Of a stretch of 64,000 nucleotides of DNA, positions 40,068-47,582 are shown piece after piece. The stretch lies in the IMG/VR virus record IMGVR_UViG_3300031974_003050, positions 1,438 to 65,437 of that record; one strand, written 5' to 3'. Positions within the stretch are counted from its first letter, which is position 1. Every line of letters begins with the position of its first letter. The DNA comes from a virus. Its lineage: Duplodnaviria; Caudoviricetes. The translations under genes were made by a program, and so were the position numbers. The notes beneath the pieces were generated by a model. That model was not told where the DNA came from, made no database searches, and was given only the letters and a program-made list of their open reading frames with translations.

Positions 40068-40670
40068 TTATACCTCTATGTTCGTTGACACCCACTCATC
40101 GAGGGCGTCCTTATCGTTACGTTCTGTGAACTTCAGCATCTGCAAGGCGTTCTCTGTGTCCTCACGCTTGCGTCCAGCCTCAACTTCAGCACGCCCCGCA
40201 GGGTCGTCGGGAAGTGGGTATGGCTCACGACCCTCATCGGTCAATCTGATGCGCTCATCCAATGAGTTAGGTGTGAAAGCGTTGATGTGTGATGGACACT
40301 GAACGCTGTCGTTTTCTGCGATGTCAAGCATCTTGCTCTTCATCCATTCACATCTGACAAGGTTCATGTAGATACACCCTCTACCATGATTAAACGTCAT
40401 CATAATCCCGTAAGTGTCGGGGTCTTCGTTGTTCCTTGTAGCAAGGGCTTGTGCCTCTCGAAGGAAGTCAGACCAGTAGTGATAAGCACCCACGGGATCC
40501 GTAGGTGATACGATGATGGGGTCTTCATCGTTGGCGTAGTAGTAGTAACCACTGCTCATAGTGTTGAGGAGGCAGTCGCAGGTGACGATAGACCCACCGA
40601 ATGTGATGGCTTTTCCGAAGGACTCAGCGAAGGAGCGAGTCGTAGCGTTGTTGTTGAGTTTGTTGTTCAT
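40068..40670 (-). CDS. Early hypothetical protein
   Basis: 200 aa ORF. Confidence 0.6.
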   Translation of the reverse strand: MNNKLNNNATTRSFAESFGKAITFGGSIVTCDCLLNTMSSGYYYYANDEDPIIVSPTDPVGAYHYWSDFLREAQALATRNNEDPDTYGIMMTFNHGRGCIYMNLVRCEWMKSKMLDIAENDSVQCPSHINAFTPNSLDERIRLTDEGREPYPLPDDPAGRAEVEAGRKREDTENALQMLKFTERNDKDALDEWVSTNIEV

Positions 40671-40675
40671 GTGTA

Positions 40676-40948
40676 TCAGAGATTTTGCGTGATGGTGTCA
40701 TAGTTGAGGTGCGGGTTCCATATCTTCATGTCCTCCACAATTTCTTGTGCTTTCATGCGGGCATAGGCCTGCTTTTGTGTCTCCGTCCCTGCCGTCTGCG
40801 GGGAAGGGAGCGGGATGAACCGATTGAATGGTCCTTCGTCGTCCTCCATGGCGATTACGTAGTTCACCTCGTTGTTAAGGATGGCACGGGTGATGGAGTT
40901 GGTGTAGCCCTCGACCGCATCGAGGTATGTAATGAGCTTTCTATTCAT
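40676..40948 (-). CDS. Early hypothetical protein
   Basis: 90 aa. Confidence 0.55.
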   Translation of the reverse strand: MNRKLITYLDAVEGYTNSITRAILNNEVNYVIAMEDDEGPFNRFIPLPSPQTAGTETQKQAYARMKAQEIVEDMKIWNPHLNYDTITQNL

Positions 40949-40959
40949 GGCTGTGTGTA

Positions 40960-41166
40960 TTAGTATGTGAGTGAGTGGATGAGTTCGGTGTCGCTCATGA
41001 CCCCTGCCTCCTTGAGGAATCCGATGCAGTGGTTCACGGGGATACCACGCTTGCTCATGGTGTGGATGAACTTGTTTGCCTCGTTCATGCGGTCAATCTC
41101 GTCGAGACCTTGGAACTTCTTGCGGCAGTTAGCGAGAGCCTGCTCGTGTCGGGTGTTTGTATTCAT
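40960..41166 (-). CDS. Early hypothetical protein
   Basis: TCAACGCTATG leader after a promoter. Confidence 0.55.
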   Translation of the reverse strand: MNTNTRHEQALANCRKKFQGLDEIDRMNEANKFIHTMSKRGIPVNHCIGFLKEAGVMSDTELIHSLTY

Positions 41167-41189
41167 AGCGTTGAGTTTCAAATCGACTG

Positions 41190-41221
41190 CAAATTTACAA
41201 TCGGTAATTGGATTCTGCAAA
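41190..41221 (-). promoter_or_regulatory. Bacteroidota-type promoter
   Basis: TTTG-N20-TAAATTTG. Confidence 0.75.
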
Positions 41222-41222
41222 T

Positions 41223-41477
41223 TTATTTTGTTACCCCTTTAGGGGTATTCTGTCGGGAAGCTTCCTCGTTGGCGGCGCTTACCCAAATGTTCAAGCTACC
41301 CTTGATTAGGCAGTCCTCTGCATGCCGCAGGTCTTCAAGGGCGTAGGCAAGGTTGCGGTGGACCCGCGCTTCGAGCGGGTCACACATGGGGTCGAACCAC
41401 TTGCTGAGGCAGGATTCAATCATGTCTTCGATGATGAGACAATGAAGAGCCTTGTAGTCTCTTTCTGTGTACTTCAT
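41223..41477 (-). CDS. Early hypothetical protein
   Basis: 84 aa. Confidence 0.55.
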   Translation of the reverse strand: MKYTERDYKALHCLIIEDMIESCLSKWFDPMCDPLEARVHRNLAYALEDLRHAEDCLIKGSLNIWVSAANEEASRQNTPKGVTK

Positions 41478-41488
41478 TGGTCTGTGTG

Positions 41489-41644
41489 TTATCGGATGTT
41501 GACGTGTATTTCTGCGACATCTCCGTCCATGTCGCGGACGATTGAGACGTCAAAACCTCCACACCATCCCCGTCCGTCCACAACGTACATCGGGATGTGG
41601 TCTGGAGATGCGGCGATGGCCTTAATGAGTTCTGCTTTTGTCAT
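41489..41644 (-). CDS. Small early protein
   Basis: MTKAELIKAIAASPD, 51 aa; ATGA coupling. Confidence 0.45.
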   Translation of the reverse strand: MTKAELIKAIAASPDHIPMYVVDGRGWCGGFDVSIVRDMDGDVAEIHVNIR

Positions 41645-41790
41645 GTCTGTGTGTATTCGATTGGGATGAAGTAGGCTTGGGATTCTCCGATGGACTCAGC
41701 GTCAGCAAGGATAGCGTGGTCGTCGAACCATGGCTCATCCATGTATGCCTGTGACTCAGGCCACAGGACCAGCTTGTATGTGTCGTTCAT
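41641..41790 (-). CDS. Small early protein
   Basis: YKLVLWPESQAYMDEPWF. Confidence 0.55.
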   Translation of the reverse strand: MNDTYKLVLWPESQAYMDEPWFDDHAILADAESIGESQAYFIPIEYTQT

Positions 41791-41797
41791 GTCTGTG

Positions 41798-42073
41798 TCA
41801 GTTGAAGGTGTATCCGCATTCGTTGCAGAATTCGTAGACATCGCTGTACTCGACGTCTTTCTTGCCGCAGTTAGGGCATTTGTCTACCTTGTACACGCAG
41901 GCAAGATCGACCATCTCTGTGTGTCCACGATTGGGGCTGTCGTCCGTGGGGAGGAACTCATCGAGGGCCTTCATTACCACATCGACAGATTCGTGGAGGT
42001 TCGTGTCTGCCTTGTATCCGAGGCGGCGGAGGATGCGGACCGCAAGGTCACGCTTGAAATCTTCGTAGTTCAT
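41798..42073 (-). CDS. Zn-ribbon early protein
   Basis: CPNC...CNEC. Confidence 0.6.
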   Translation of the reverse strand: MNYEDFKRDLAVRILRRLGYKADTNLHESVDVVMKALDEFLPTDDSPNRGHTEMVDLACVYKVDKCPNCGKKDVEYSDVYEFCNECGYTFN

Positions 42074-42074
42074 G

Positions 42075-42254
42075 TCAAATAGGGTTTATGCGGTTCCATG
42101 CCTCTGCCATGGCATCGACCTCATCTTCGTGAAGCCTCAGGCCTCCGAGGTCAGTGCTGATGTACACTTCGACTCCCGTCACTCTGCATAGTTCAGCGTA
42201 GGTGTCGGTGTTTTGTCCGTTGATGTAGGCAACCGCCTTTTGGTACTTGTTCAT
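42075..42254 (-). CDS. Small early protein
   Basis: MNKYQKAVAYING, 59 aa; ATGA coupling. Confidence 0.45.
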   Translation of the reverse strand: MNKYQKAVAYINGQNTDTYAELCRVTGVEVYISTDLGGLRLHEDEVDAMAEAWNRINPI

Positions 42255-42742
42255 GCTTGCGTGTATTCAGGGTTGATGATTTCTTTGCCGTTGGTGATGT
42301 CGTAGATGGCTTTCTCGTTGCGCCTTTGTGCAAGGCGCATGGCGGTGGATTCGTCATGCACGATTTGGGAGACGTCGAACACGATGTCCTCCCCGTCAAC
42401 CCATGTGCCTACGCACGTCTTCATGAAGGTGGAGATACGGAAGGCCTCGTGCCACGTCTGCTCGAAAGCCTTGCGGAAAGCTTTGAACAGGTTCTGCGGG
42501 TGGCGCGGGGTCAGGTCCTCGTGGACCATGGAGATACGAACCTCAGGAGCCAAGCCACCAACCGCATACCCCCACACGGGGCGGAATGGGTCAGTTGGCA
42601 GTTTGTTGTAGTTCAACGTGCCTGACTTGTATGTGAGTCCTTTCGCGCCAGGTTGCGTAAGGATGGTGTCGCCGCCATCGGCAAGGGTCCTGCCGAAGCA
42701 TTCAGCGGCAAGCATGAAGTGTGGGTACTCGATTGTGTTCAT
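42251..42742 (-). CDS. Early protein, possible SAM-lyase-like fold
   Basis: VGTWVD...FDVS...AMRLAQRRNEKAIYD. Confidence 0.5.
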   Translation of the reverse strand: MNTIEYPHFMLAAECFGRTLADGGDTILTQPGAKGLTYKSGTLNYNKLPTDPFRPVWGYAVGGLAPEVRISMVHEDLTPRHPQNLFKAFRKAFEQTWHEAFRISTFMKTCVGTWVDGEDIVFDVSQIVHDESTAMRLAQRRNEKAIYDITNGKEIINPEYTQA

Positions 42743-42753
42743 GGGTGTGGGGA

Positions 42754-42960
42754 TTAGCGGGTTTTCAATTCTTCTTGGATGCGGGCGATACCCGCTTTGT
42801 AGTCGGCGATACTCTCTGCCCATGCAGCCACCTGTTCGGAGTCAGGTTCCTCAGCAATAGCCTTCTTTGCAGAGGCGAGGCATTCCTGTATGAAACTCAG
42901 GGTGAACTTGAGGTCGGAGGTCGAGCGCTCCGTGAAATCGTGGCGAGTGTTGTACTGCAT
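42754..42960 (-). CDS. Small early protein
   Basis: TCAACGCTATG leader. Confidence 0.55.
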   Translation of the reverse strand: MQYNTRHDFTERSTSDLKFTLSFIQECLASAKKAIAEEPDSEQVAAWAESIADYKAGIARIQEELKTR

Positions 42961-42992
42961 AGCGTTGAAGGTTGTTGGCTGAATTGCCGATG

Positions 42993-43025
42993 CAAAGATA
43001 CAACGACGATTCCCATATTTCCAAA
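42993..43025 (-). promoter_or_regulatory. Bacteroidota-type promoter
   Basis: TTTG-N21-TATCTTTG. Confidence 0.8.
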
Positions 43026-43048
43026 TCTTTTTTCTAACTTGCTGTCTC

Positions 43049-43225
43049 TCAGTCAGTTAGCTTGATGACCTCGATGTCATCGTAGTGCGGATACCAAAAG
43101 GATGCGCACCTGTTTGCGTGTTGCTCGTTGTAGCACAAGCCCAATTCGACCGTGCGTCCACGCCATCCGCTATGCCCAGGGGCTACGCCTATGACGCGAT
43201 GTGTTGGTTTTGCTTCAAGTCTCAT
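43049..43225 (-). CDS. Small early protein
   Basis: MRLEAKPTHRV, 58 aa. Confidence 0.45.
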   Translation of the reverse strand: MRLEAKPTHRVIGVAPGHSGWRGRTVELGLCYNEQHANRCASFWYPHYDDIEVIKLTD

Positions 43226-43227
43226 GC

Positions 43228-43524
43228 TCAGGCGATTGCGATGGTGATTGCTTCAGGGTCCTTCCACGTAGGGGTGACCACGCGGAACTCAGGTACACGG
43301 GACATCCACATACGGATGAGCGGTGCATAGTTGTAGCCATTGTCTACGCACCACACGCGCAGATCTTCGTCCGTGAATACGTATCCGCGCTCCCGAACAA
43401 AGGTGCAGAACTTCGTGAGCGTGTGCCCGTCAAAGCGAAACTGATTCAAGAGTTCAGGGGTGAAGCCACAGAAGGTGGTGCAAGCCTGATACCAACGATT
43501 GCGGAGGTCATAGGTCTGTGTCAT
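43228..43524 (-). CDS. Early hypothetical protein
   Basis: MTQTYDLRNRWYQ. Confidence 0.55.
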   Translation of the reverse strand: MTQTYDLRNRWYQACTTFCGFTPELLNQFRFDGHTLTKFCTFVRERGYVFTDEDLRVWCVDNGYNYAPLIRMWMSRVPEFRVVTPTWKDPEAITIAIA

Positions 43525-43562
43525 AATTGCGTATGAATTGAAGGTTAAACGATTGAAAAACA

Positions 43563-43607
43563 GAGACACAGAGGGGAGTCGAACCCCTCCGAGCACCATG
43601 TGTGTCT
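43563..43607 (-). ncRNA. tRNA minihelix-like element
   Basis: AGACACA-CATGGTGCTCG-GAGGGG-TTCGACT-CCCCTC-TGTGTCT. Confidence 0.55.
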
Positions 43608-43619
43608 GTACGGGATTGC

Positions 43620-44129
43620 TTAAAGGCAATCCTCGTATGAGATGTGCATATCCGTGGACTCCAAGGCCTCCATCTTCAAGGCCTCAATCTCAGCGTGGCT
43701 CAACACCTTGGCCTTACGCTTGGATGCAGGCTTGGATGCAGGCTCCGTAGCGTGCAACCGCTTGAGAGCCGCAACCACGGCATCGTTGACAAGCTTCTCC
43801 ATGTGCTCATCATCACGCTTGTATGCAGCGGCATCAGCCTTGTCCAACTCCTGCTGAGCTTTGCTCCGTGCGGGACGTGCCTTGCGTTGGAGCTTCTGAC
43901 CCGTCTTGGTGTTGCCACCCTTCGTGCCTGCGGCCTTCGGCTTCTTGGGTGCAGGCTCAGGCACCTCGGTGAGCGCCTCGATTGCGGCGATGACAGCCTT
44001 CAACTGCTTGACAGCCTCAGCCTTACGGCTCTTCGTGGGTGTGTACTTGGCGCGGTTGACAGCGGACTTGGTGTCCTTGAGCAGAGCGGTGATGGCCTCG
44101 GGGGAGGCGGGGGTGTTCTTGTGTGCCAT
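43620..44129 (-). CDS. First early gene, Lys/Ala-rich protein
   Basis: 169 aa, directly after the outermost early promoter. Confidence 0.65.
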   Translation of the reverse strand: MAHKNTPASPEAITALLKDTKSAVNRAKYTPTKSRKAEAVKQLKAVIAAIEALTEVPEPAPKKPKAAGTKGGNTKTGQKLQRKARPARSKAQQELDKADAAAYKRDDEHMEKLVNDAVVAALKRLHATEPASKPASKRKAKVLSHAEIEALKMEALESTDMHISYEDCL

Positions 44130-44173
44130 GTGGCGTTGTGTGTTTATCCCTCAGCGGAATTGCTTTGGGACCA

Positions 44174-44206
44174 CAAAGATACGTTCACCGATTCGAGAAA
44201 ACCAAA
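44174..44206 (-). promoter_or_regulatory. Bacteroidota-type promoter
   Basis: TTTG-N21-TATCTTTG. Confidence 0.8.
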
Positions 44207-44358
44207 TTTTTCTGCCGAGAATCTTCCTGCGACTACCGCACGCATAATGCGCAGGGTAGTCCTGCGCCGAAGATTGGCGCATAGCCCGCATCATGCGTCC
44301 ACGCACACAGGGGAGCGCGAGGCGAGAACCCGATTGTGTTGCTAATTGTGTAAATAAA

Positions 44359-44386
44359 TTAATACTAAAATAACTTTTAGTATTAA
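44359..44386. repeat. Perfect 12-bp AT-rich inverted repeat
   Basis: TTAATACTAAAA-taac-TTTTAGTATTAA. Confidence 0.8.
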
Positions 44387-44770
44387 AATAGATTGCCGTT
44401 TGTGTTAGCATTTTGAGCCGAAATACAAACACAAAAATGCCTCGCGTGTGGCAGGCCTAACGCCTTGGTATGTGTGGGTAATGTGGGTACATGGCAGGGG
44501 TGATATGTGTGAGCGCGTAGGTATGGGGTGGTGGTTGTCCCTGATTTCCAAGGAGTTACATCCCTCGATTCCTGAGAACCTAAGCGACAAAAGCCGAGCT
44601 AACTCACTGGTATTCAGCGGAGTAAAAGTCCAAATGTTTTCGGCAAACGGCGCAGGCGTTAGGGGGGCGGGGTTTGCAGATGCGTTTCGGGTGGGCGGAC
44701 GCGGCGGCGCAAAACATATATAATCCCCAGGGTATATATTTCTAGCATATATTTGCAAAAAACAAACATC

Positions 44771-45001
44771 ATGAAACCAAAAAAGCGAGTAAACAGGCGC
44801 AGAGCCAAGACTGTCGATGAAAGAGGCAACAAGATCAAGGTCAAGGTTGACAGGCAGGGCAATTTCAAGAAGGCTAAGACTTTGAGTGACGAGTCTGTAG
44901 ACAGAGTTATAGACAAAGTGGGTAGACTTCACCAGGACGTCCAGGCTCGTCAGAAGGATATAGCGAAAAAGAAGCTCAAGCGTCTTAAAAAGACCAAGTG
45001 A
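44771..45001 (+). CDS. Small highly basic protein
   Basis: MKPKKRVNRRR; TATATTTG box at 44748-44755. Confidence 0.55.
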   Translation: MKPKKRVNRRRAKTVDERGNKIKVKVDRQGNFKKAKTLSDESVDRVIDKVGRLHQDVQARQKDIAKKKLKRLKKTK

Positions 45002-45157
45002 AAAACTGTTAGAAGTTAATTTCTACAGGGCTTGACTATGTCAAAAAAAACCACTACCTTTGCTGAGCCGAATCAGGCAAACAGGTTGTGTAAGCGTCCC
45101 GCGATAGGGGTGTATAAGTACAGAAGATTCGGTATTTAACCACAATAAGGGAAGCTT

Positions 45158-46600
45158 ATGCGCACAACCAAAGGGCCTGGAGACCCACCTAAGTTTGGAA
45201 TATCTAAAAACCTTCTACAGATTCTAGGGTCTTATGGAAAGACAAGGCAAGAAGCTGAACAAGACCCATACTATGAGGACCGTCTTGATGTCACCAAAGA
45301 GGATGTTTACAGATTTATCTTAGACAACCTTGTTGACAGCATGACTGAGGGGGGTGTATCTGGGATGAAAAACCAAATGGGGAAGGTTAGGTTACTGGGG
45401 CCAGATGAGCCTAGGTATTCAAACTTGGAAGGTAGGGCTTACTTTGATCCTAACACCAATACTGTCAATCTAAAGTCTCTTTCTGAAGACTCTTCATTTA
45501 CGAGAGGTAGTACAGAGGGTGAAGAGTACACTCACTCTATACAAAACGCAGACCAGTTCGGTAAATACAATGAACAAGGGAAAGATTACAGGCCTGGTCA
45601 GGAAATGGATAGACCGCTCATTAAAGAGCTTGCAGACATAATTTCTAATCCTAGTGGAGGTTATCCAAGGGGGGTATTTGAATGGAACACTATTCCTTCA
45701 GGGTATTTTAAGGGCATGAAGCAACTCAATGTTGCTGATAGAGACATATTCAGCACAGCAGATCCCCATTACTATGATGGGGCATACTCTCAAAAGGAGT
45801 TTGAGGGTATGATGGTTCCAGGCTTAATTCTTGCTAAGAAGATGGGCCTTATAGGGGATGAAAAAGTTGATAGGTATGATATACCAGACATAATAGATAG
45901 ATATAACTCACTAGTAGCAAAAAGGCCAGATGAGGACGCAGTCGATGGCATGAATTGGTTTCAAGCTGTCCCTCGACACGCGAGAAATTTAATAGCCGTC
46001 ATGCAGACCTTATACGATAGGTCTTCTGAAGAGCCTGAGGCTTTAGATGCCTTAGTGAATTTCCTAAATCAGGATATCCATATGAATGATGAACTGTATC
46101 CTGATCTTGTAAAAAAACAGAACGGAGGTAGAGTGATTAAGTACAACAACGGCGGAAAAGGACCACAATTCGTGCAAGAAGGGGCGGTCTCTAAACCGCC
46201 TATAGACGAACGCATCTACGAAGCGATGATGCGGTATCTAGACAGCGCCCCACTAGAAGGTTGGCATAAAGCTGAAGACATGGTGGATCCAGAGACAAGC
46301 CCTAGGTTTGACGCGCTGAGGCATATGCTGGCTACCTCAGAGACGGTGCAAGAGTTGAAGGAAGATAGGGGGTACCCCGCCCCACTAGCTATGCTGGCAG
46401 CCAATCTATTTGGATTGGGGCATGAGATAAAGAACTTTCATGGGGTTAGGTCTGCTGCTGAGGACTTGTTCAACAACTTTATAGGGAGCATACCAGCAAC
46501 CGTATCAGACGATCCAGAGAAGATCGATCAGATGATAAAAATGCTTTCTTATTTTACACCTGACGGAAAGGACAAAACAGATGAGAACTACACGAAATAG
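45158..46600 (+). CDS. GG-tagged two-module protein (EExxH zincin-like and Wnt/lipocone-like)
   Basis: EEYTH; NGGRVIKYNNGG linker; DALRH...HE...DLFNNFIG. Confidence 0.65.
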   Translation: MRTTKGPGDPPKFGISKNLLQILGSYGKTRQEAEQDPYYEDRLDVTKEDVYRFILDNLVDSMTEGGVSGMKNQMGKVRLLGPDEPRYSNLEGRAYFDPNTNTVNLKSLSEDSSFTRGSTEGEEYTHSIQNADQFGKYNEQGKDYRPGQEMDRPLIKELADIISNPSGGYPRGVFEWNTIPSGYFKGMKQLNVADRDIFSTADPHYYDGAYSQKEFEGMMVPGLILAKKMGLIGDEKVDRYDIPDIIDRYNSLVAKRPDEDAVDGMNWFQAVPRHARNLIAVMQTLYDRSSEEPEALDALVNFLNQDIHMNDELYPDLVKKQNGGRVIKYNNGGKGPQFVQEGAVSKPPIDERIYEAMMRYLDSAPLEGWHKAEDMVDPETSPRFDALRHMLATSETVQELKEDRGYPAPLAMLAANLFGLGHEIKNFHGVRSAAEDLFNNFIGSIPATVSDDPEKIDQMIKMLSYFTPDGKDKTDENYTK

Positions 46601-47582
46601 TTGGCCACCAGGTCGCGGATCAGCCACTAGACAGGATAGCCTGAACGCATACAACGCTGCTGTGGAGCTTTTACGGGCCCTTGAGCAACAAGGATACGAT
46701 CTCTATGACGTGAGACCATATGATGATATTAACCGTATACTGGATAAGCATCATAGACGGGCTAGGGGGGAGTATAACGAAGATGAAATAAGACAATATG
46801 AGACGTTTATAGAAGACATGAAAGAAGGCTATGAGGATTTTTACCCTGCTGAGGTTCCTAGGTTTTTACATGGACAGTTTCCTGAGGACTACTGGTGGCC
46901 TAAAGGGGAATATCCGACTATTGATGAATACTATTCTATATACGACAACACAACTGAAGGAAATGTCACAAGGGCAAGAGAAATGACTACGGGAGTTATG
47001 AATCCAAATCTACCTACTGGTTATTACGATATCAACATTGATCCTCAAGGAATAGCAAAAGCGTCTGCGCAGTCGGATTACGTAGAACTTCCATATTACG
47101 ACCCTATAGCTGTAAAACCATACGACCTTCTTACCGAAGAAGAGAAGAAAGAGCGTAGAGAGAAATATGGGCCAGAAAAGAAATATGAACCAGAAAAGAA
47201 ATCAAATAGAACTTCAACCCCGCGCCGCCCCAGGGTTGTTATTCCTGAACGTTTAGAGCCTAGAGGTTTAACATATGAAACTCCTGAAAGAGACATTATT
47301 AGAGATGTTCTAAAACCGTCAGAATATGGTAGGGAGCCACAGCTAATCTATAAGAGTAGCAATAGAACCAGGACGGGACAAGAGCCGAACTACTACAGGG
47401 TCTGGGACGATAAGGAAAAGCAGTGGAAAATGCGTCCTGTAGAGCCAGAAGAGTTAGATTTTTATCTTAGAGAAAACAAAAGAGTAGAGCCTAGAGTAAC
47501 CCCACCGATATCTTTCAACAAAGGAGGTAAGGTAGTCAAGTATAAAACTTCACGCAATAAAATGCGTGCAATAAAAAGATAA
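46581..47582 (+). CDS. GG-tagged hypothetical protein
   Basis: MRTTRNSWPP start; VTPPISFNKGGKVVKYK...MRAIKR end. Confidence 0.65.
   Translation: MRTTRNSWPPGRGSATRQDSLNAYNAAVELLRALEQQGYDLYDVRPYDDINRILDKHHRRARGEYNEDEIRQYETFIEDMKEGYEDFYPAEVPRFLHGQFPEDYWWPKGEYPTIDEYYSIYDNTTEGNVTRAREMTTGVMNPNLPTGYYDINIDPQGIAKASAQSDYVELPYYDPIAVKPYDLLTEEEKKERREKYGPEKKYEPEKKSNRTSTPRRPRVVIPERLEPRGLTYETPERDIIRDVLKPSEYGREPQLIYKSSNRTRTGQEPNYYRVWDDKEKQWKMRPVEPEELDFYLRENKRVEPRVTPPISFNKGGKVVKYKTSRNKMRAIKR

Noticed and set aside
36944-44345. Numerous + strand ORFs over the early region
   Set aside because: They are antisense shadows of GC-richer minus-strand genes that have promoters and coupled starts
44151-44932. ORFs 44151..44432, 44405..44932 and 44448..44723
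   Set aside because: They cross promoters and low-complexity tracts and have non-protein-like composition
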